Of a stretch of DNA of 64,000 bases, positions 38,766-52,272 are shown one piece after another. The stretch is from Octopus sinensis. Taxonomy: Eukaryota. The position numbers and the translations under genes were made by a program. The stretch spans positions 181,102,001 to 181,166,000 of the forward strand of contig NC_042997.1 in assembly GCF_006345805.1 (NCBI RefSeq), read 5' to 3'. The first letter of the stretch is position 1; the number at the start of each line of letters is the position of its first letter. A model generated the notes under the pieces. It saw only the letters and a program-made list of their open reading frames with translations. It was not told where the DNA came from and did not search any database.

Positions 38766-40707
38766 CATTATTATTATTATCATATGTTTGACTGTTGCTT
38801 TACAAGTTGGCTCCAGGTCTCACCCACAGACCTCAAGAGACAACTTGAGATTACATAGAAAGTATTTTGAGTGGGATATCGGCAGTTCCCATGAGCGCTA
38901 GCTTTTGAATTTCTGCCATTTTGGGGTTTCCTGGTATTTGAGCTAGGTAACAATCAGTCCCTTTTGCCATCATTTCCAAGGGCACCTATAACAACAGGTA
39001 TTGTTTTAGTCTTCAGGTTCCACATTTTGCTATTTCAAGATATTTACACTTGGTCAGTTTTTGGTAGGTCTTGAGAGATACATTTATATCGATTGAGACA
39101 GTCATATCAATGAGGCGGCATGATTTTTATCTGAAGTCTTTCAATATGATGTCTGGACTATTTGCATCTATCCTTCTGTCAGCTTGAAAGGTGAAGTTCC
39201 AGAGGAGTGAGATGAGATAATTTTCAAGCAGTGAAGGTGGTTTGTGTTCCCACTAGTTTTTATCATGGGACAAGTTCAGGTTTGTGCAAATTACCCAGTG
39301 AATATATTGTGCAGCTCTATCATTCCTGTTGAGATACTCTGTAGGCGCAAAAAGACTGCACTTGGAGACAACATGATCAATGTTGAGCTACTGTCGTTCT
39401 TTAATATGTTGGCCTGGTAGTTTCATGTAGGTAGGCATTGATCTTGGGCTGTTATGATAAACCTTTCTGTTTCAGATTTTAAGCCAGAAACCATTAGCCA
39501 TTGATAGGTAAGGGCTTTGTCAACATCGGCATTATTAGCTCTCTTTGAGTATTTGCCATTGAGAGGTTTTTCTTGTCATTTATCAGTAAGAATATTTAAG
39601 GCAGCAGTTTTAGCACGGGTTTTCATACGCTTAGCTTTTTCTGCGCTTGTTTCTTGTATGTCTAATTCTGGAATTTGTTGTATTTGGAATTCAATTAGAT
39701 ATTCCTTTGCCTGTTTCGTTACTGAGTATGATACTTTCTTGTTTTCATGTTTTGAGACAAGTTTTAATATCCAGTCCTCAAAGTTTTCAGGTAGGCTAAT
39801 TGTAGCAACCTTCATTGTTAATGCCAGTTGTAAAAGTCCACGGTCTCCCTCTTTTCTTGGCAGGTAAACTCGTTATATATCTGCCTTAGGTGGTACATTC
39901 TATGCATTGTCAACAGTTTTCGTATTTTTCTGTTAAGATTGCATATTTCAGTAATTGACGAGTTAATGATATTGAAACTGTAAGTCTCGACTGGAATGGC
40001 TAAAGCAGTGATCGCTTCGATCCTGTTTCTTGCATTCAGTACTGTCTTAAGAATTGCCCTCACCCTGCGATAACATTCTCTCCTGATCATTTCCCTCATC
40101 ACTGAATGCCTGATTCCGTCCCCTTCAAGTACTCCTAGGTATTTGTAGCTCTCTGCTGGTTCTAACTCTTTTATGACATTCTGCTGGTCAAGGTTAACGT
40201 TAGATGTTTCTGTCATTTTTCCTTTGATAAAGGTAGCTTTTTCACATTTATCAAGGCCCAATTGCATTCTGATGTAATCACTGAATTGCTTAACAATCGC
40301 TAGTAATCCCTTGAGTTGTTGGTCATTTTTTGCCTAGACCTTTAAATCCTCCATATAAATGAGATGATTTATATTTTTATCAAACATTTTATCACCTTAC
40401 TATGCATCATTGAGCAATTTTGAGAGAGGTATTAAGGCTAGACAAAAGTGGAGTGGTGATAGTGAGTCACTCCGGAAAATGCCATATGAAAGTTTTACAT
40501 CTCCAGCATTTAGAGATTCATTGTCACTGTTCAAAGTCAGTGTGGTTCTCCATGATCTTATACTTACAGACAAAATGTTTTGCATAGTAGGCGCTATTTT
40601 ATACATTTCCAGACATTTCTTAATCCAGCTATGTGGTAGGCTATCAAATGCTTTTTTTATAGTCTATCCAGGCAATTGACAAGTTTTTGCGTAGTTTGTA
40701 ACATTTG

Positions 40708-40710
<3 letters not shown>
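38700..40710 (-). mobile_element. R4/Dong-type LINE, 5'-truncated and decayed
   Basis: WIDYKKAFDS, GIFRSDSLSPLHFCLALIPL, HLIYMEDLK, GLDKC, YKYLGVLE; endonuclease remnant near 38900-39400; (AAT)n tail. Confidence 0.88.
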
Positions 40711-40763
<53 letters not shown>

Positions 40764-40765
40764 CA

Positions 40766-40805
<40 letters not shown>

Positions 40806-40859
40806 CATTATTATAATTATTACTATTATTATCATTATTATTATTATTAAAACGTCAAG

Positions 40860-41900
40860 TATGAACGAGAGCAACCAGCGTCCACATGTTAATGGAATGA
40901 CATCATCAGTTTTTAAGTTACAATTTTATAACAGGCGAAAAGAAAAAAGACAGAAAAAAAACAGAAAAAGATGACGACAGAAAAGAAGGAAAGAAGAGAG
41001 AAAGAAGAATATTTAATCAAACAGTTTTGTATAAACTTGATGATATTCTCCTGTCATCTTATTCATTCCTCCAGGGCGTGATGTTGATAACCCGCAAACA
41101 TATTTCTCCTCATACATTCTGAGAAGTGAAAGCGAAGCAGATTCAGAATATTTTCTGAGAATATGCACTTTCAAGTCTTCTTCAAAATTGCAGCCGCTTG
41201 AAACGAAATGTTCAGCAAGTTCTGTCGAAATACTGTTATTGTGCCTGACGTCGAATCTGTGCCCATTAAACCTTTTTGTTTAATTGTTCTGTGGTGCAAC
41301 CATCTTAAATTGTGTTTAGTGCAATATGCAGCGTACACCAAATGAGAATCTTTACATGTTCCACCTTCTGTATAAATCATAACATTTCTGTTATGATTTG
41401 TGATGGAATTCACTTCACTGATGTTGTTACACAATGAACAGGGCTTACCTCTCTTGTGGCTGTTCATACGTGTAAATACTCCAATGTTCGTTTTCTTGGA
41501 GTCAGATATAGAGGTCAATAATTCTCTTATATTCTTATTCCGTCTAAAGGCCACAATAGGCGGCTGAGGAAATATCTGTTTGAAACGAGGATATTTCTTC
41601 GCTACATGCTGGTAACTTTCATGCAACGCTTTTGAAATGCCAGCGAAATGCCGGTGCCAGCTAATCACAAAAGGAATTCTGTTATCTATTGTATTGCGTT
41701 TGCTAATATTATGCGTGTAGGTTTGACTATCTTTGCTAATCTTAGCTATTTCCTTTAATCGTGATTCACTGTAACCGCGTTTTATCCTCATTAATGGTAG
41801 GTACATATACTTTTTTATATTTTTAACAAGAAACTTCAGGTAACTTCCTACAATGCGTTTGACGTTTACCTCATACAGAGAGACAAAGGACATAATCTTA
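40860..41900 (-). mobile_element. PLE 3' fragment (Neptune-like linker, Zn finger, GIY-YIG)
   Basis: KRGYS..., IPFVISWH, PPIVAFRRNKNIRELL, CSLC, TCKDSHLVYAAYCTKHN; ORF 41171-41893. Confidence 0.8.
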
Positions 41901-42499
41901 TTTTCCTGCTTCTGTTTATATATACCTCAAGACAGTGTCGCGTTAGATAAACACATTGACGAAATAGATGTGAAAGTGAAAATAACTACATAGAAAAAAA
42001 ATTTGAAATAAAAAAGAGAAGAAATTAAACACAAGTACAAAAAATGTCTCCAGGTTTTGACATCCACCAGCAAAAACACGAAAACAGATGTAGACAGAAA
42101 CTTAAAAATGCTTCTAATTTCTTCCACCTCAGAAACTTCTCACTCGGTGACATCTCGGTGCAACGAAGCGGAGAAACGTAAATTTATGTTTTTAAATAAT
42201 TACTTTAACCAGAAAGTCAGGATAGAAGAAAAGTAGTAGTCTCCACATTTAACAAGTGATAGTGACACATATTGATCCTCATCGCAAGTAAGCCCACCGG
42301 CACAAAGAAATATGTAAGCACATCATCAACAAAAACATGGAGTGGAAAACATACGTACAACAACAAAGAAATAATAACAACTTCAACACCAACAGGCAAA
42401 CACAGCAAAATCACACAACACTATGGGAGTGGATACAAGCGGTGAACTAATTATTCGTGACGAAGAAAAAGTGAAAAAAAGAGACTTTTTTCTATCGAA

Positions 42500-42935
42500 A
42501 TAGTCTTCTCGTAAACAAAAACAAATGTATGCAGAGTTACCACCCAAATACTTAAGGATGTTCGAAAAGAAAGCTAATAATAGACGCAGTCTGCCAAGAA
42601 ACCTTAGACGTCAGAAAACCTAGATAACTAGTTATTCAAGAAGACCAATTAAGGTAACCTTACCCTCATTTCATTCGATATCTGACCATTGTGACGGTAC
42701 TCATTGTAGGTAATATAACTGCATACGAAGAAGGACCATATTCGTAGCAAAAGTACTACGTCAACGTCTTCAGATCATGGTGTATAAATGGATGAGGTAG
42801 CAGTCAGGCAGGCCAGGATGGTAAGTCGGTAGTGCCGGACATGATCAGTAGTAGAAACAGTGGCATATTCAGGGCAACCGGTTTTCCTTAAGCGGTTAGA
42901 AACATTCATGGGCTCCTCATTATTTTCTCTCTTTC

Positions 42936-43008
<73 letters not shown>

Positions 43009-43200
43009 CAGAAGTTGGTTGCTTCACTTTTATGTTATTGTCGATGCTGAGATTAAATGACTTCTTCCCGGAACTGACTCGAACTGTTCTGTTAAGCGAG
43101 GTCTTTGATTTTGAGGATACCAAAACTTTGTGTGATGACGGACAACCTGCTTGAACAGAGATGCAGCAAAGCCGGATCAGCATACGAGAAAGATCCTTCT
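42500..43200 (+). pseudogene. Highly decayed RTE-like RT, split by (GT)n
   Basis: Faint motifs such as DDG...RCSKAGSAY. Confidence 0.3.
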
Positions 43201-43491
43201 GACTAATACAGTAGTAGACAGCGTGCTAACAAGATGTTCAGAATCTATCATGCAGCCCTGAAATTGAAAAAAATACACATAAATGAAAAGCTAGAAGTAT
43301 AACTTCAAAATGAAAATCGTATTGTCGAAATATATTTGATTTTTGGCCAGATAATGTCCCCGATGGTGAAATAAAATTAATTAGTAAGGAATTTGTATAT
43401 AATAAATATGACTCAAGAGAAGTATGAGTTCAAGTAAAGAATTATTTGGTGTTAAGATTAATGACACTGGAACAGGATCCACTATCACTAA

Positions 43492-43735
43492 CGTGGCTTA
43501 GTGGTTAAGGTGTTGAACTCATGATCGTAAGGTTGTGGTTTCGATTCCTGGACCGGGCGATGCGTTGTGTTCTTGAGCAAAACACTTCATTTTCATGTTG
43601 CTCCAGTCTACTCAGCTGGCAAAAATGAGTAATTCTGCGACGGACCGGCGTCCCGTCCAGGTGGGGAATTTCTATGCCATTGAAACCGGGAAACCGGCCC
43701 TTATGAACCTGGCATGGCTCGAGAAGGAACAATAA
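43492..43735 (+). mobile_element. tRNA-derived CORE-like SINE with GAAACCGGGAAACCGG tail
   Basis: GTGGCTTAGTGGTTAAG...GGTTTCGATTCC; GTTCTTGAGCAAAACACTTCATTTTCATGTTGCTCCAGT. Confidence 0.85.
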
Positions 43736-44059
43736 TATTTTAGGAATATTTAGCAAAAATTTCTTTCAAGTCGGGGCGACTGCTTAGAGGCTTCTTTGTT
43801 CTATCGATTTAGCTATTTCATTAGGGTTGACCTGATCCTACACAACGGCAATAAATCAATATTGCCATCTACAAACATTATCTCCAGTAGAGACACAGCA
43901 TATGTATTTTACATGATATATAAATATGAATAAAATAATAAATATTCGAATCACTCAGATGAAAATGGAATAGAATGTAGACCTTCCCATTAGCTTAATT
44001 CTTTAAAACTTTTTCGCAGCTCACTTAAATTATAAAAGTTCATGTAAGATATCGTGGAC

Positions 44060-44400
44060 CGCATCTAGGAGAGGAACTCTACTTGTGGACTCACGTTGTA
44101 CCTTCCGATTCTAAGCTTGCTCTCTGCTTTTCCTCTTTTCTCTCGCAGCTATAATTTCCTCTGTACCTCGTATCTGGTTAATTTTGTATCTTCTCCATTC
44201 AAGCATACCCTACTCACTCGCTTCTCTAGACTCATCAAACCCTTTATCGTATCCAACCCCCAAGACCCAGTACAAATCATTATTCCCAATCTTTACACTC
44301 AAGAACATCGATCTTCTGGAATCTCTTCTCTGCTCATGTTCTTCCTAAGGGTGCAAAATTATGAACACATCCCTTTTGTACAAATATGTTTTGAATTTCA
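44060..44400 (+). pseudogene. CR1/L2-like LINE 3' coding remnant
   Basis: RTSIFWNLFSAHVLP resembles the LINE ORF2 C-terminal RT..LWN.LP motif. Confidence 0.45.
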
Positions 44401-47400
44401 CTCTTAGATGGAAAAAGAAAATATTTAGCGGCAATTGCAAGCGACTTCCAAAGTAATGTAGAGATGATATCGAGAAATTTGGAATTTATCTCTAATAATG
44501 TATTTAAATACTTCAGAAGAAAGGCTGATATTTGTCGGGAAGAGACACATATATGTATGCTTTCATCTATTACTTTTGCTGTTGTTTAGCTCGGAGTCAG
44601 CTCTGAGAAAGTTAACCTATGATCCTTAGTGTGACCACTTCTTCCTTTGTTTATAATAGTTTTTCTATCGTGTTTTAATACAATAAGTTACTCACTAATT
44701 GAGGAAAATTTGGCTGCGATTTCTAGTGTCAGGTGATTATTAGTGGTTCTGAACTTGGCAATGAAGTCAGAATCGCAACTACCAGAGAGCAGCAAGGTTA
44801 GACATCAGTAGTAAACCACCATCTTTGAATTAGGTTTATTCTGTTTCATATTTAATGTCAATCGGTTATGGTGTGTTTACTAACAAATAATTCCATTGAC
44901 CACATCATACTTTAGTAATCATCTAGAAGTTTAATTCCCTTTCCGTTACAAGTTTGAAAGACTTCTTTGCCAATAAATAAATGATGCTAAACGAATATTC
45001 GAAGTTCGTTCAACATGTGAACAACAAGCCATTTGATGCAAATACGTTCCCCTATCTCTCCTACTGATGTGAAAAAAAAGACACACAAAACCTCTTGACA
45101 TTCTGTGGTCTGAAATAAGCAGAATGTTTTTGCTTTTGTTTCACTCAACTAGACTTATGATCAGCGGTTACCTGCTATGTCTAATAGATTGAGAACCAAA
45201 TTTGCTCTGTGCATCAGTTACTGCACTGTCATAGTAGACTGTATATTTACACATTGTAGTCATTGATAGAATCAAATACAGTAGAATTAATAAAGTATAG
45301 ATCTTTCTATGAACTGCACTGATCAATAATACTGGTACTGAACTTTGGTTTATGTTGTCTTTAGTCTCACCCCTCCCGGCTTGAGCTCATGTATATAATA
45401 GGCTGTTGTGCAGAAATATATGAAACCTGCAGAAACATTTCTAACCGAGAGAGGCAACAAGTCTAACTGAAGTAGATTTGAGCTTACGTACAATGATATG
45501 GTAATTAAATACCATATTCATTCGGCCATTATGTCTTTGAATAATAAAGTTACTTTTATGGCCTGTCCAATTTCTGGCTTATTATAGGTTAAACAAATGT
45601 TGCTACATTTCGTTAAACTGTCATCGTTAGTAATTTTGTTTTCAGTTATGGAATACCTTCAAAAATGTTTCCAAAAGAATAGGCATAGAATCATTTCACA
45701 ATAAAATACTTCGGCTTATTCCTGTTATTTTTCTAGTGTAGATTAGATTTGACACCAAGAAGATTAAAGATCTTCATCATATAGGTATTTTACATATGAG
45801 TTTTCTTATTCACTATAACATAAAAATCCACACATCTCAGTGGGAACATAATTTAGTTTTCTCTGAAAATAGCCTCTCTAATAATGACATGCTTTAAAGT
45901 TATTTTTTGACATTTTATTTGATCTCAGTAAATTATTTAACAAATATCAAAATTGGATTTGACTGAGTATATACAAGCAATGAATGAAAATAATTTCAAT
46001 CGCCTTTAGTATGTCAGTCTTTCAATCTCCCGGGGAGGTGCTCCACAGTAACAATTGTAAAAGTTGTAAGAAACATTTATATTGATATGCTGCGAGGATT
46101 AATATATACGTCTGTAAATTTCACATATTCAATATATTAGAACATAAACGAAGAGACAACTAAATGTGGTTCTAACTCTGAATTATATTTTTTCTTTACT
46201 GTCCAGAGTTGTTAAACTAGAAAAATATTCTGATGTTCGTGTACAACAAAACGCTCCAATTTCCCTTGGTATTAAAAATCGAATTTGCTTTCATATTTGT
46301 ATTTTGACCCAAACTAAAATTCCCTTACAAAAATATTTCATGACTAAAAGTTAAGTTCATTCTTAAGTTGATAATATTTTATCTGAACGAGGAACACATC
46401 TAAAAACAGAATTTATTTCACTAAGAAAAATATACATGTGATCAATATTCTTGGAATACTCTGTTCAAATAATATCGTAGAGAAACAGTCAGTGTTCAGG
46501 CAGCTTCTATTGTCCGTTTAGTTTATGGTTTAGAACATATATAAATATATACCAAATTAAAGGCATGCCAGATCTCATAAGAGGAAAAGGAAAGTAATTG
46601 TTGAGCTGAACAATTAAAATTATTTGCTCATCTTCTACCAATTGTTTTTTTTATGTTTTGTTGTCGGGTGTACTGTTGAGTAATAGCAATACAATTAAAA
46701 ACAAGGGAATGTCTATTATATTCTACTTCCATGGGTATTTAAACACTGCTCAGATGTGTTCGAATTTAAATTTTATTATGGTATCACTGTTTAAATCCAG
46801 ATCAATTTTGCTTGAGAAAACCAACTATCAAAAACATTCCTGCCATCAAAATCCAGGTTTTGTAGCTCTGTCTTAGACTGTAATGTTGTTGCTGTTTTTG
46901 TAACGCTGTCTGGGTCTGGTAAGGCTACCTACTACTATACTAGTACTTCCATCTTTGTCGGGCTATCTAGAACTCTACTAGTTTCCATCTTCGTAAGGGT
47001 TGTTTGCGATTATATTATGCTTTCATTTGTTGCTTTAAACAATGTGGTACGATTTGAGAATAATATGGCTGTTGCGTCTAACATGTCGAGCGATCATGTT
47101 ATGGGTCTCCATTTTTTATCCGTCTAGAGTAGATATTTTACTAGTTTCCTCAAAATTTCTTATTTCTAAATAAAAGCTAATCGATATTTCACTTCAAATT
47201 TCTGTAAAGTAATCAAAAGTTGTGTAGAAAAGTATCCTCCAGACTGCTGACATTGATGTTCTTTATATTCAGTTTGAACATCTGCAGGTTTATTAAGTCC
47301 TTAAGCCCCAGACGAGCCTTTAACAATCACACGTATGATTAAAGGCAAACCAGTACTAATAACTGACGTTTTGAAAGCAATCCGAAAATATATTATTTTA

Positions 47401-47860
47401 TATGGCTTTCACTTTTTAAGGCGGTTGAGTGCTTTATGAGGAACAGTTGACTTCTATTTCTAACAGGTCATACAACAATGTAGAGTAGTGATTCACCCTG
47501 TGTTTGACATCACGGACCACAGGAGATTAAGTAAAATAGTGTTGATGCATACCTTTACATAGAAAATTAAAAACTATTTACATAATTCATATATAGTATG
47601 GATGCAAGATACAAGTACAATAACTGCAGAAATTCAGCTGAAATTTAAATGTACTGTGCACAAGAGACTTCATATATCAAGAGCTGAAGGGGTCAAGCAT
47701 CTAAACTCACGTGATTACGGAAAGAAAGGTTGACCGAAGATCTACCTACGCGAATATGGTCGTGCAAGATTCAATGAAGAGAAAGTGCTTTTCTCATAAT
47801 AGAGGGCAATCAGCATACATACAAACACACACACACACATACACGCATATACATATATAT

Positions 47861-47964
47861 GCGTGGCATCTTGGGCAAGTGTCTTCTACTATAGCCTTGG
47901 GCCGACCGAAGCCTTGTAAGTGGATTTGGTAGACGGAAACTGAAAGAAGCCCGTCGTATATATG

Positions 47965-47995
<31 letters not shown>

Positions 47996-48325
47996 TTGTG
48001 TATGTTTATGTGTCTGTGTTTGTCCCCCCAACATCGCTTGACAACTGGTGCTGGTGTGTTTACATCCCCGTAACTTAGGGGATCGGCAAAAGAGACCGAT
48101 AGAATAAGTACTAGGCTGTTGTGTGAACGCACCCAGACGATGAAGTAGGCTAGCCCAATACGTAGATATAAAGGGAGAAGTCTAGACGTCGGGAGTTGAG
48201 TAGACATCATCGGAACGTGCGATATAACATAGGCTTACAAAGAATAAGTCCTGGGGTCGATTTACTCGACTAAAGTCGGTGCTCCAGCATGGCCACAGTC
48301 AAATGACTGAAACAAGTAAAAGAGT
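47861..48325 (+). mobile_element. Octopus-type SINE (5'-truncated) interrupted by a 113-bp insertion
   Basis: Matches the family on both sides of 48117-48229. Confidence 0.9.
48117..48229. mobile_element. 113-bp solo-LTR-like insertion
   Basis: TG...CA ends (TGTTGTGT / ATATAACA), 5-bp TSD TAGGC at 48112-48116 and 48230-48234, internal TATAAA. Confidence 0.75.
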
Positions 48326-48746
48326 ACATATATATATATGCAACATCCAAGGATCGAGGCGTAGGAAGAAGGTTAGCACCAAGCAATCCGTAGAAAATAT
48401 AAAAAAACAACTTTCAGGGACAATAGTGGTTTATTGAGACAGAAGGTTGTGGATTTTTCATATCAAAGTACGATAAATTGGAAAAAGTTCTTTTTATATC
48501 TCACTGTAGGCAACCAGGGTTGCAGGGTATGCGAATAAGAATACAAGAATTAAGGAAAGAATTAGATAAGATCCGGGCTACCTATATTTCATAGCGAGCG
48601 AAACCTCGGAAGTGGTAAATATCCAAGCGAGATTTATACCACAGGCTGCTCTTCAGGCCAAGGTTATCTTCATTAATTGAAAGTTTACATTGTCACAAGG
48701 AGGTACATGTTAACACATGGAAGATTCAATCAGAATATATATATTG

Positions 48747-48787
<41 letters not shown>

Positions 48788-48945
48788 TTAATAGATGAGA
48801 GCCAAATATTCTTTGTATAGAATACACTGACTAGTGCACAAGAGACTTAAACTTGAGCAGGTATAGAGGAAATGCAGGGATAAGCGAATTAGAAAGATCG
48901 ATTTATAAAGTGTATTAAATGCATGAAATACAAAAAATGTATGCG

Positions 48946-49076
48946 TGTATACATATAAAAAGCTCCAACTTACACAGATTAGAAATGATATAGAGAATTA
49001 AAGGAGTGGAGGAAAAGTGTTTAATTATCTGTATGATTTCTAATCTGTGTAGGTTGGACCTTTTTACATGTATACA
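48946..49076. repeat. Imperfect inverted repeat (~57-bp arms)
   Basis: 48946-49002 versus 49020-49076. Confidence 0.85.
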
Positions 49077-49237
49077 TACGTGGTTTAATCAATAAGTATA
49101 CATACGTGATCTGATCAATAAGTATCGGGTCTATTGTTTATGATGGATAAACAATGTTTGGGCGCATACAAAAATAATATCGTAATTCTAACCAGAGATC
49201 TTTATATATATTCGGTATTTGCAAAAGCAATAAATGG

Positions 49238-49681
49238 AGTATAAGGAAAGGAAAAATTATAGCCGTAGACGATATTTAATTCCTAATCCAGGTTGGTGCA
49301 GGACCAATAAACGTTCTACAAATTGTTTCGGAGTCTAATTAATTCCAAAGACAAAAACGAAAAACTCTTCTTGAAATAAAAAGTAGATTCTTCTTGAAAT
49401 AAAATGTAGATTCTTCTTGAAATAAAAAGTAGATTTTGTTGTTGTGAAAGACCTTTCATAACCGAGACGGGAACGAACAAATCTGGGCTGTCGTAATTAT
49501 TCATACCAGTATGTAATATCTAACGAAGAATCAAATTTTTATTTCAAGAAGAGCTTTTCGTTTTTGTCTTTGGAATTAATTAGACTCCAAAACACTTTGT
49601 AGAATGTTTATTGATTGGTTCTGTACCAACTGGATTATGCATTAAAAATCGTCTACGCCTACAATTTTTGATTTCCTTATA

Positions 49682-49683
<2 letters not shown>
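49238..49683. repeat. Foldback structure with ~155-bp arms and an internal 3x23-bp tandem repeat
   Basis: 49238-49393 versus 49525-49683; TTCTTGAAATAAAAAGTAGATTC x3 at 49368-49435. Confidence 0.88.
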
Positions 49684-49726
<43 letters not shown>

Positions 49727-49899
49727 TTATATATCGATTGTTGCCATAGCATCGAAGCTAAAACACGCAATATAAAGACATTTGGCATATATTGACCTTC
49801 AGCTCTGCTCTGGATGTGCACTAGGTTTTAACATTCTAGCTCACTTCCTCTGTTTACACCAATGCTTGGAAGGAACGAGTGTAGCGTGTGATCGTCACA

Positions 49900-50095
49900 G
49901 TGACTACGATAGAGAAAGATGAGCAGAGAATCTGCATCAAATTTTGACAAAAGCCTGGCGATACCTGCTCAGAGGCCTACGCAAAGTTGCAGAAAGTGTA
50001 TGGAGAGGAGTGTATGAGCCGTATACATGTGTACGAATGTTTAAGACGTCCCCAAGATGGCCGAAAAATTATCGATATTGACGAACGTTCAAAGG
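49900..50095 (+). pseudogene. Mariner transposase N-terminal (HTH) fragment
   Basis: EQRICIKF*QKPGDTCSEAYAKLQKVYGEECMSRIHVYE...DGRKIIDIDERS. Confidence 0.75.
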
Positions 50096-50506
50096 AACAG
50101 AAGCCGTTAGAACGAAAAGAGCGTCTGTGAGTGAGTGTTAGTTGCAATATTCGTGATCAAGTCTTTGACAATTAATTTATCACACCCACAAAGTGTTTGC
50201 TAATGTCAAAATGATGAACGAACGACATGAAGTACTGAATTAACAAAATTAAAATATTAAAACATAACATATTTAATTAAATAATTCGGTACTACGTAAA
50301 TTTCATTTATTTATGAAGAATATGATGGCTTTAACATGAATAACACGTGAGAGCAAAGGAATGGATAAAAATATAAAAAAAAAAATACGGCGGGTTATTC
50401 TGTGCGTAAGATTGTAATTGTGAATAGTTAATAATTCGTTATGTGATTTTGGTTGTTTTTATGGTGCTTAGAAGGAGTGGTAGTAGAAGTAGTGTTGATG
50501 ATGTAA

Positions 50507-50780
50507 TTGCGATACAATAGGTAGTGAGTTTATTTATTTTGTTGTTGTGAAAATTGTAGTAGTAGTAGTAGTAGTAGTATTTGCGATACAATAGGTAGTG
50601 AGTTTATTTTTTTTGTTGTGAAAATTGTAGTAGTAGTAGTAGTAGTAGTTGCGATACAATAGGTAGTGAGTTTATCTTTTTTGTTGTGAAAATTGTAGTA
50701 GTAGTAGTAGTAGTATTTGCGATACAATAGGTAGTGAGTTTATTTAGTTTGTCATGAAAATTGTAGTAGTAGTAGTATTA
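50507..50780. repeat. Minisatellite, four 68-74-bp units each ending in (TAG)n
   Basis: TTGCGATACAATAGGTAGTGAGTTTAT at 50507, 50581, 50649 and 50717. Confidence 0.92.
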
Positions 50781-50900
50781 GTATTGGTGATGGTGATTGT
50801 GGTGGTATAGCCAGTGGATTCCATTCAACTTTTTGTTGTTACAGCAGTATTATTTGTGACAGTAGTAGTAGTAGTAGTAGTAGTGGTAGTAGTAGTAGTA

Positions 50901-50944
<44 letters not shown>

Positions 50945-52272
50945 ATAATAGTTCCGTTCTTTCTTTTTTTTGTCATTCTAATTTTTATTTTAAGAACGTA
51001 AAGACGCAACAAAAATCAACACTTTCAAATTGCTTGAATATTCGACAACTACTGTTGGAAGAAGAATTCTTGTTATTTAAGCTGTTTTGCTATAGTCAGC
51101 TTCGTGTTTGTTCATGATTTTCTTACATATGTTCTGATAATTTTATTTTAAATTCTGTTATTTATTTATTTATTCATTTATTTATTTTGGCTTCCATTAT
51201 TTGATTTTTTCTGTGTTAAATACATTTGTTTTCTTTTATTAGTAAATTCAAGAAAAATTAATTAAAATAATTTTGATACATTATGAGAAAAAAAATTGAA
51301 TTTTCTATCGGTTGCCAATTCTGCTTTTTATTATTATTATTATTATTAATATTATCATTATTATTATTATTATTATTATTGTATTTCTTTATTTGAATTC
51401 ATATTACTTTTATTTATTTGTTATTTATTTATTTAGAGAAAAAATTTCCTTATGATAAAGTTATTTTATTGATTTCTAAAAATTACTTCAAAATTCTACA
51501 TTTGCATGTATTTCCTTTTTTATTTTTGTCATTCTTTACTTTTCTTTTCTATTTACCTTCCTCTCTCTCTCTTCTTCCTTCTCACTCATCTTCTGTCTCT
51601 ATCTTTCCCTCTCCTTCTGTCTCTGTATCCCTATATTTTTCTCTTTCTTTCTCTCTCCTCTCTCTCTCTCTCTCTCTTTCTCTCTCTTTTCTTTCTCTGT
51701 TACACTTTATTTTTTTTTTTACTGGCATTTGGTATATTTCAATTTTTAGCTGTTTTAACACTGGGATATTTGTATATTCTGAATATTGCATTTCGATTAC
51801 TCGTCATTATTTAAGCAATAAATAAATATTAAAAATAAATAAATATGACAAATAAACACAAATAATTTGTTTCCTGAAGCTCTCATTGATCTTTCATAAC
51901 GAAAGGGCAATGAAATAGCTGATACCCTACAGCCTGGGACTATATATGTCTTAAGTGTTCAGTTTCGTCTTCCTATATTCTGAATCTAAATCAAGTCTTG
52001 ATCAATAAAATAAAGTCGAATTAATTGAAATCAAACTCATAGCCCTATTTTAATAAAAGAAATCCCAGCAATCCTTATTGTAACACAGTGACAGATAACA
52101 GATTAACTGGATCAGTGAAGGAAATTAAGCTGTCACCGGTTTTAACACTACTTCGTGGACCTTGAGTGCCTTTAACAGCCAAATTTGACCATATTTGATC
52201 CGTTTCTTCTACCATTATCAGGAATCCTAAAAGGTGTCACTTGTGCTATTTTGTTACGTCGCTTAACTGGTA

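Noticed and set aside
42795-42830. Possible first exon ending ATG|GTAAGT
   Set aside because: Lies in what looks like decayed RTE sequence; no promoter or downstream exon support.
48590-48660. GAAAC and CTGAAGA near a GTGGTA/TACCAC hairpin
   Set aside because: The two half-cores are on opposite strands and cannot form one hammerhead.
50507-50780. CRISPR-like repeat array
   Set aside because: Eukaryotic context, spacers homologous to one another, no cas genes.
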